A DNA stretch of 62,900 nucleotides, filler included, from Thraustochytrium aureum (taxonomy: Eukaryota), in the NCBI GenBank assembly GCA_012862495.1. It is 7 parts of 4 records of this genome, joined end to end, with 100 filler letters (N's around TTAATTAATTAA, not from the genome) between each part and the next. Parts side by side here need not be neighbours in the genome. Positions count along the whole stretch, not along the records: positions 55,871 to 58,385 come from BLSG01000312.1; positions 58,486 to 59,496 come from BLSG01000314.1; positions 59,597 to 62,900 come from BLSG01000314.1; 4 more parts are not named here. One strand, given 5' to 3'. The notes below the pieces were generated by a model, which was given only the letters and a program-made list of their open reading frames with translations, made no database searches and had not been told where the DNA came from. Made by a program: the position numbers and the translations under genes. Below, one piece after another: positions 56,303 to 62,900 of the stretch (within the stretch, counting starts at the first letter, position 1; each line of letters begins with the position of its first letter).

Positions 56303-57783
56303 CTACAGTTGCGCATCTTGCCCCAGCCCCACGCTGCAGCTCTGGCCGTCGTCAGGACGAACAGCAGTGTTGTGAAGGAGGTAGGCAATCTCCGAAAGGA
56401 GTTCGTAGAAAACTGATGTGTAGCAGCGCGCTCCGAGCCGAAGCACACACGAGGTGCGCCGCGCAGAATCCTTTTCGTACCCAAAAACCAGGGTGGGAAC
56501 TGGCGCCAGATCGGTCTGCGCGCGGAGCGCTACGAGAAGGTCGAGCGTCTCTTGCCCAGGCTCTATGTCTGCAGCCACCTTGCCGTCATAGCAGGATATC
56601 ACGCAGTCATAGTCGTCGGCACGGAGCGCTTCAAGAGCTTCATTCGCTGACGGGACGACGCGCATGGATGTCGTGAGCGCGCCCATGGCCGTCAAATTGG
56701 CTTGCTCAAGGAACTCTTTGAGGAATTTGGTCCCCGGCTCGCGTCCCAGCCACTGTGTAGCCAAAGCAACCGGCGCCGGTCGAGCAAGTTGCCAAACTTG
56801 ATGACGGGATTGGTCGCCAGGTAGAGGTCCCGGAGGAACGCGTCAAAAGGCGAAAAGTCTGTATTGCCCTTGGAGTCGAAGCCCAGTACCACCAAACCTT
56901 CTTGAGAAAGCATGGCGCGCCGCTGAACGTCCGACACGTCCGGCAAGATTGCGTAGGCAAGCGGCTTGCTGGTGCGGCCAAACATGGCCATCACTTCACT
57001 GCGTAGCTCGTTCAGGTAAGCATCCGTAAAGCTAAACCCTACGAACAGAATTGTCTTCGTGGCGAGCAAAGTGCGCAGGAAGGTGCTGTACTGCGTACTC
57101 TCGTGCAGCATCTTGCGGAATCGCTCCCGAGTGAGCACGAGCCTGCTCTGAGGGCGTTCCACGTCGCCGTGGATTTTGAGCACCGGCACTTTGTCATTTG
57201 AGAAGGCTATGGCTTGCATGCGCTGGAACTCTGTTTTACTTTCGCGCAGCACAGTCGCGGCCACCTGGCCGAATTTCGGGTGCTGTGCGTCGATCCCGGT
57301 GAGCAGGTTGTCAAAGTTGGTCGTCAAGATTCCGCAAAATGGAATGCCGTGAATGTACCGAAGCCTGTCCTGCATCAGAGCAGGCAGCAAGTTCTTGTCT
57401 GGCACTGTCAGTTTGGTGCGCACGCGGCGGTCGAACTCTTCGCCAGATATCAAATCAGACAGGATCTGGGCGGCCATGTCCAAGTCATGGCTCGAATTAC
57501 TTCGCCCGAGCTTGTCGATGACATCCGCCTCTTCAGGGGTTAGCGCTCCTTCTTGCACGGAGTCTTGCGCGATGGACTTGAGCAGGGCCTGCCACATTGG
57601 CAGGCCGGAGGCACGTGAAAACCCGCTCCCGATAAAGCAGACCACGTTCCCGCTCAGCACCTCCTGGACGAGTTGCGCTGGGATCCTGTCTTGCACATCG
57701 TCGCAGACAGAAGCATCGCTTGCCGCCGGCCCACGGCTTCGAGCAGGACCACCACTCCCAGGAAATGTCCTCCAGCGGTGCAT
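56303..57783 (-). CDS. SIR2-like (SIR2_2) domain protein with C-terminal receiver (CheY-like) domain; 1-nt frameshift at G-run 56732-56735
   Basis: SIR2: 'VCFIGSGFSRASGLPMWQALL...ILTTNFDNLL...VLKIHGD...LVLT...F...TILFVGFSFTDAYL'. REC-like: 'RLLWL...KFLKEFLE...RVVPSANEALEALRADDYDCVIS...LDLLVALRA...VPTLVF...LRLGARCY'. Confidence 0.82.
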
Positions 57784-57925
57784 GCCAGAGCCACGTCCAA
57801 TCAAAAGCCTTGAAGCACCTTCGGCAAGTTCTGCACAATCTGACGAGACCCGTGGCAACGACGCCAACTGCACCGCCAGATCTAGAACAAACTTGCTGCG
57901 TTCGTCCTTCTCCGGCCACTGCTAT

Positions 57926-58204
57926 TGAAAGCCAAACCAGAGCGCAACCACGCCAAAGCCAAGCGAACCCCTGAAGAGTACCCTTGTGATTTCGAGCCGC
58001 GCAGCGCGTCCTGACACCGTGGCGCGAGGCAGCGTCAGTTGCCGAGTCCGTGTTCTTGGAAGCAGCGCAGATACCTCGCCTCGAGTAGCCCAAACCCAAA
58101 GCCCAAAACCAAAGCCCGACCGCGCCAAAGCCAGGCAAGCTTCGGTGGAGCAATGATCTTCAACCACGCAGCGCGTCCTGACACCGTGGCGCGAGGCAGC
58201 GTCC
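57926..58204. repeat. ~169-bp-period direct duplication upstream of the SIR2 gene
   Basis: gcagcgcgtcctgacaccgtggcgcgaggcagcgtc is identical at ~58000 and ~58169. Each copy is preceded by a similar aaagcc..aacca..gccaaagcca segment. Confidence 0.8.
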
Positions 58205-58385
58205 TAGGCGCGGCCACCATTTGAGGGCTGCTGCATCCAAGTCGGCCACACAGGTGACCTTTATCGGAACGAGTGCACACCAATTTCAACATTCAGAGGA
58301 ACGCGCGCTCATCTTGAGAGACTGGGTTGGGCTACTAACGGACACCAAGTTTTGCCTTTTGTTGCAGGTTGTGGAGGTAGATGTG

Positions 58386-58485
58386 NNNNNNNNNNNNNNN
58401 NNNNNNNNNNNNNNNNNNNNNNNNNNNNNTTAATTAATTAANNNNNNNNNNNNNNNNNNNNNNNNNNNNNNNNNNNNNNNNNNNN
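58386..58485. other. Artificial scaffold-joining spacer
   Basis: N44-TTAATTAATTAA-N44. Confidence 0.97.
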
Positions 58486-59496
58486 CAAACGACTGCACAC
58501 GAACGTCGATCCGGTCAAAGATGCCATCGGCGATAATTTGGACCTGCAGGCCAATCAGGACCAACAAGATGAGCCCAAACAGCATTGAGACCACGACCGA
58601 CTCGTGTATCTCGAGCATCGTGTCTGCTGCCTGAAGCACCTGGGTGGATGGCAGCCAGACGCTCTTGATGAGCCCCTTCATGCCGAGCGAGGTGTACGAC
58701 TCCCACTTGCGCTTGTCCAAAGCCACCAAGTGGGTCGCAACGGCCTCGCTGCCTGGCTTCGGGCGGGCAGCGCGGTCTGCGAGCGAGAGCGTTGGCTTTT
58801 TGTACATTCTGCCCGAGGCCCGAAAAAGGTCGACTCTGTGCTTTGTGTAGATCCGGCTCGCCGAGAGCGCGTTCCGATAAGCGCTGTGCCCTTGGTTAAA
58901 CTTTGACAGGTACAGCAAGTATATCCCAAGTGCGATTGCCAACCCAGTGTAGATGCGCGAAAGAATGAGGACGACAGAGCGGAATGGCTCCTGGAAGGCG
59001 GTCGTGTCGAGCGCCGCCATGAGAAACTGGACCCCGACCGCCATCAAAATGTAGTACACGAGAGAGCCCGCCGTTTCGACCACCGTCGCAGTGATGTTGT
59101 TCATCACGAAGCAAGGCAGCGTCACAACCCCCACAGCCAGAAACGTGAAGATCAGAATCAAGGTCGAGCAGATGCTCGACAGGCTCCCGGATGAGTCGAT
59201 CGTGGCGAGCTCTTTGTCGAGGTACGCGAGTAGCAGCTCAAAGACGGCAGTGTACATCGCGAAGGAGATGAGGACGTACTGGCTGTACAACACGTAAAAC
59301 TGCGCTTGAGACCGCCTCTCGCGCAACACCAGGGAGCACCCTCCAGAGAGGAGCTGCAGCCGGCTCTTTCTTCACCTCAGGGAACTGGACACCTGGCGAC
59401 GTGTACCAGTACTTTGCGCTGGGCCCAAGCTCGGTCTCGACCCTCCTCGTTTGTCGAAACAGCGGTGCGTACACAGCAAGCCAATCCAGCCCCGCC
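58486..59496 (-). CDS. Fragment of an uncharacterised multi-pass membrane protein (both ends probably truncated)
   Basis: Open frame 59329-58486 with ~5 hydrophobic segments, plus a protein-like upstream frame (59474-59238) that suggests a frameshift near 59335. Confidence 0.55.
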
Positions 59497-59596
59497 NNNN
59501 NNNNNNNNNNNNNNNNNNNNNNNNNNNNNNNNNNNNNNNNTTAATTAATTAANNNNNNNNNNNNNNNNNNNNNNNNNNNNNNNNNNNNNNNNNNNN
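59497..59596. other. Artificial scaffold-joining spacer
   Basis: N44-TTAATTAATTAA-N44. Confidence 0.97.
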
Positions 59597-62500
59597 AGGG
59601 CAACGCCGATTCCCGTGGCGAGGCTGAGGGACGCCAAGTCGAACGCGGATGAGATTAGCCTGCTGCCGGAGACGCTCGACCAGTGCACGGCGCCGCAGCC
59701 GGACGTGGAGGACGGGCTCACCACGGACGAAAAGTTCCTGGCCATCTCGAGACTTGAGGTAAGCGGGCGGACGCGGTCCTCGGACGGGGCGCGCGAGCAC
59801 ACGATCGAAGCCTTGACCGGGGCCAGCCTGAAACTCAAGTACGGCTGGGTCTGCCAGGCAGGGTTCTACCCAGAGGACCTCAACAAGCTCAACCAGGACA
59901 ACCTACTCGTGGCGCCAGACATGGGCCCGCGAAACAAGGAAATGGCCCTCTTCGGCGTGTTTGACGGCCACGGCAAACACGGCACCGAGTGCTCCACCTT
60001 CGCCGTGGACAGGTTCGGCAAGTGCATCATGGCGCACAAACAGCTGAAGACCGACCCGGAGATCGCCATCGAGGACTCGCTCGTTAAAACAAACAAGGAC
60101 ATGCACAAAGCCAAGAAGAAGCGCAAGGGGTCCCCCGCCTACTTTGACGATACGCTGGCCGGGACGACGGCAATCAACGTTCTGTTCGTGAACGACGAGA
60201 TCATCGTCGCCAACGTCGGCGACTCGCGCGCGGTGATAGCCAGCACGCACGGCGACAAGCTCGTCGCGCAGCCGCTGAGCGCGGACCAGACCCCATACCG
60301 CCGCGACGAGCGCAACCGGTGCAAAGCCGTTGGCGCAGTGGTGATGACGATGGACNNNNNNNNNNNNNNNNNNNNNNNNNNNNNNNNNNNNNNNNNNNNN
60401 NNNNNNNNNNNNNNNNNNNNNNNNNNNNNNNNNNNNNNNNNNNNNNNNNNNNNNNNNNNNNNNNNNNNNNNNNNNNNNNNNNNNNNNNNNNNNNNNNNNN
60501 NNNNNNNNNNNNNNNNNNNNNNNNNNNNNNNNNNNNNNNNNNNNNNNNNNNNNNNNNNNNNNNNNNNNNNNNNNNNNNNNNNNNNNNNNNNNNNNNNNNN
60601 NNNNNNNNNNNNNNNNNNNNNNNNNNNNNNNNNNNNNNNNNNNNNNNNNNNNNNNNNNNNNNNNNNNNNNNNNNNNNNNNNNNNNNNNNNNNNNNNNNNN
60701 NNNNNNNNNNNNNNNNNNNNNNNNNNNNNNNNNNNNNNNNNNNNNNNNNNNNNNNNNNNNNNNNNNNNNNNNNAGGTGGTGGCTACAGACAAGTTTATCG
60801 TCATTGCGAGCGACGGCGTGTTCGAGTTCCTGAGCTCGCAGACCGTCGTCGACATGGTGTCAAAGTTCTCCGACCCCTACGAGGCCGCGCGCGCCATCGT
60901 TGCCGAGTCGTACAAGCTCTGGCTGCACTACGAAGTGCGGACGGACGACATCACGGCTATCGTAATCTTTATCGAGCACCCGGACGCAGGCAAGGGGGCC
61001 GACTTGGGCAAGCTCGGCGCGCTCGGCAAGCTCGGCTCGGTTGGCAAGGTGAGCGGGTCGTTCAACGACTACAACCAGCTGATGGACATCTCGCAGCGCG
61101 AGAGCCGCCCCGTCCGCCGCGAGATGAGCCGCAAGAAGCGCCAGATGATCGAGGCGTCGCAGATCGACGAGGAGGACGAGGAAGAGGTGGGTTCGGACTC
61201 GTTCTCCAGCAATCGCAGCAGCGGCGGGAGCCCGCGCGCTGCGCCCGGAAGCGGGGCCAACGCGCAGGGCGGTGACACCGGGTGCGAGCCCAAGACGCCG
61301 CAGCAGGTGGAGCAAATCAAGAACGCGGTCGCGACCAACTTTCTGTTTCAACACCTCAACCCAATGCAGCTGGCAGAGGTACTCAACGCGTTCCAGCTCG
61401 TGAGCGTCAAGGCAGGCGACACGATCATCACGCAGGGCGAGGCGGGCGACAAGTTTTTCGTGGTGGGCCAGGGCGACTTTGACTGCTTTCTCCACCAGGA
61501 GAACGGCGAAGAGGACAAGCTTGTCCACACCTACGTGGGCAACGACAACTCGTCTGTGGGCAACCCCTCGTTTGGCGAGCTCGCGCTCATGTACTCCAAG
61601 CCGCGCGCCGCCACGGTAGTCGCCAAGAGGGACGGTCTCCTGTACGCGCTGGACCGCAAGACGTTCCGAAAGGTCCTCGTCAAGCGCTCAAACAAAGAGC
61701 TCATCGCCTGCCTCCGCGAGGTCAAGATCCTCGAGTCGCTCGCCAAGTCGCAGCTACAGCGCCTCGCCGACAAGGTCAGCGAGGTCAACTTTTTGGACGG
61801 CGACCTCATCTTGCGCCAAGGAGAGATCGGGGACACGATGTACATCCTCAAGGAGGGCAGCGCCAGGGTCACCATCTCCGACGAGGTCAAGAAGGTCACC
61901 AACGTGATGCGCAGGGAGGGCACCCTGCTCGACCTGAACAAGTCTCTCGAGAGCTCCGCGAAGCTACCGGATTTCGACCCCCACGCGGCGCCAGAGGTGA
62001 TGCGGATCGCCCCACCGGGCTACTTTGGCGAGCGCGCTCTGCTAACCTCGGAGCCGCGAGCGGCGAGCGTGATCGCTGTCGGCAATGTCACCGCGTTTTA
62101 CATCTCGCGGTCCGCCTTCGAGGAAGTCCTCGGCCCGCTCTCGGACATCATCACCCGCCTCGCCGAGAAGCGCGAGGCGGAGGCGATGGCCGTGATCCAG
62201 ATGCAGGAGAACATGCGCGCCTCGCGCCTCGCGCCTAGCATCGGGCTCGTCGACCTCCTGAGCAAGTACACGGTGATCGAGTCGGACACGTGCGTTGTGC
62301 GCGTCGTCGCCCCGGCCGGCCAGCGCGACAAGTGCTTTGTGCTCAAGTCGTTCGACCGCGCGCTGATCCAGGCGAACAAGACGGAGGCGCGCGTCGTGCG
62401 GGACCGCGAGCTCCTCCCCTTGGTCGCGGTCAAGAAGGACGGCGAGCCTGCGGTCCCCGTCGTGTTCAACGTCCTCAAGACCTTTTGTGGGCGAGCGGCG

Positions 62501-62900
62501 GCTTCACGTCGCCCTGTCGGGCATTGTGTGCGGCACGCTGGACGACTTTATGCCCGACCCGCTTCCCGAGGACGTGGCGCGCTTTCTGGTTGCCAACGCG
62601 GCCATCATCATCTTCACCCTGCACGGCAAGCAGCTGCTCTCGCGCTCGATCAACCCCGGCGCGCTCGTGCTCGACGACAAGGGCTACCTTCGCCTCTACG
62701 ACATGGGCGCTGCAAAGTACCTTGAGGACAACTCGGTGCGCACGCTGACGCTTTGCGGCGACACGGCGTACCTAGCGCCCGAGCAGGTGCTCAACCACGG
62801 CCACGCGCTGCCGGTCGACTACTGGGCGCTAGGAATCCTCCTGTTTGAAATCCTATTCGGTGTCACGCCTTTCACGGACGAGGACCCATTCAGCCAAATC
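59597..62900 (+). CDS. PP2C phosphatase + two cNMP-binding domains + AGC-like (pseudo)kinase; both ends truncated, frameshift ~62495
   Basis: PP2C 'LFGVFDGHG...AGTTA...ANVGDSRAV...[10 protein letters not shown]...DDIT'. cNMP '[14 protein letters not shown]...[16 protein letters not shown]' and '[17 protein letters not shown]'. Kinase in the shifted frame 'LSRSINP...LYDMGAAK...[12 protein letters not shown]...[18 protein letters not shown]'. Confidence 0.9.

Noticed and set aside
49117..57783. Pseudo-PARP and SIR2-REC as a linked NAD+ defence island
   Set aside because: They are on different scaffolds, separated by the artificial spacer at 55771-55870.
26013..59596. Six identical TTAATTAATTAA motifs as a biological repeat (e.g. 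piggyBac TTAA sites or a regulatory motif)
   Set aside because: Each sits exactly in the middle of N44...N44. This is an all-frame-stop linker used to concatenate scaffolds, so gene adjacency across these points is meaningless.

Overview
This is eukaryotic, GC-rich, intron-poor draft genomic DNA. The gene content suggests a stramenopile protist, probably a thraustochytrid/labyrinthulomycete (inference). The window is not one locus: six artificial 100-bp spacers (N44-TTAATTAATTAA-N44) join seven separate scaffolds (1-26012, 26113-39015, 39116-42712, 42813-55770, 55871-58385, 58486-59496, 59597-62900). There are many N gaps, and about half of the genes carry single-base frameshifts that look like sequencing errors. 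About 20 protein-coding genes are recognisable: TOG/CLASP, Rnl2-type RNA ligase, DEP + sterol-glucosyltransferase, TMEM65 + EF-hands, WD40, two PARP-fold proteins, crotonase, DHHC, Upf1/Sen1-like helicase, TAF13, a ~2300-aa PqiA-domain membrane protein, a MAPR-MAPR-cytochrome b5 reductase fusion, eIF4E class II, a bacterial-type membrane protein, Costars, PH, TBC-TLDc, SIR2-like + receiver, and PP2C-cNMP-kinase. The best leads are: (i) a bacterial-defence-type SIR2 domain fused to a receiver-like domain; (ii) a giant ectodomain + tandem PqiA/LetA protein, possibly a single-chain lipid-transport machine; (iii) a T4-Rnl2-like RNA ligase with all motifs present; (iv) an EF-hand-flanked TMEM65. 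No rRNA, tRNA, CRISPR array or recognisable transposon was seen. All domain calls are by-eye motif recognition, not database searches.
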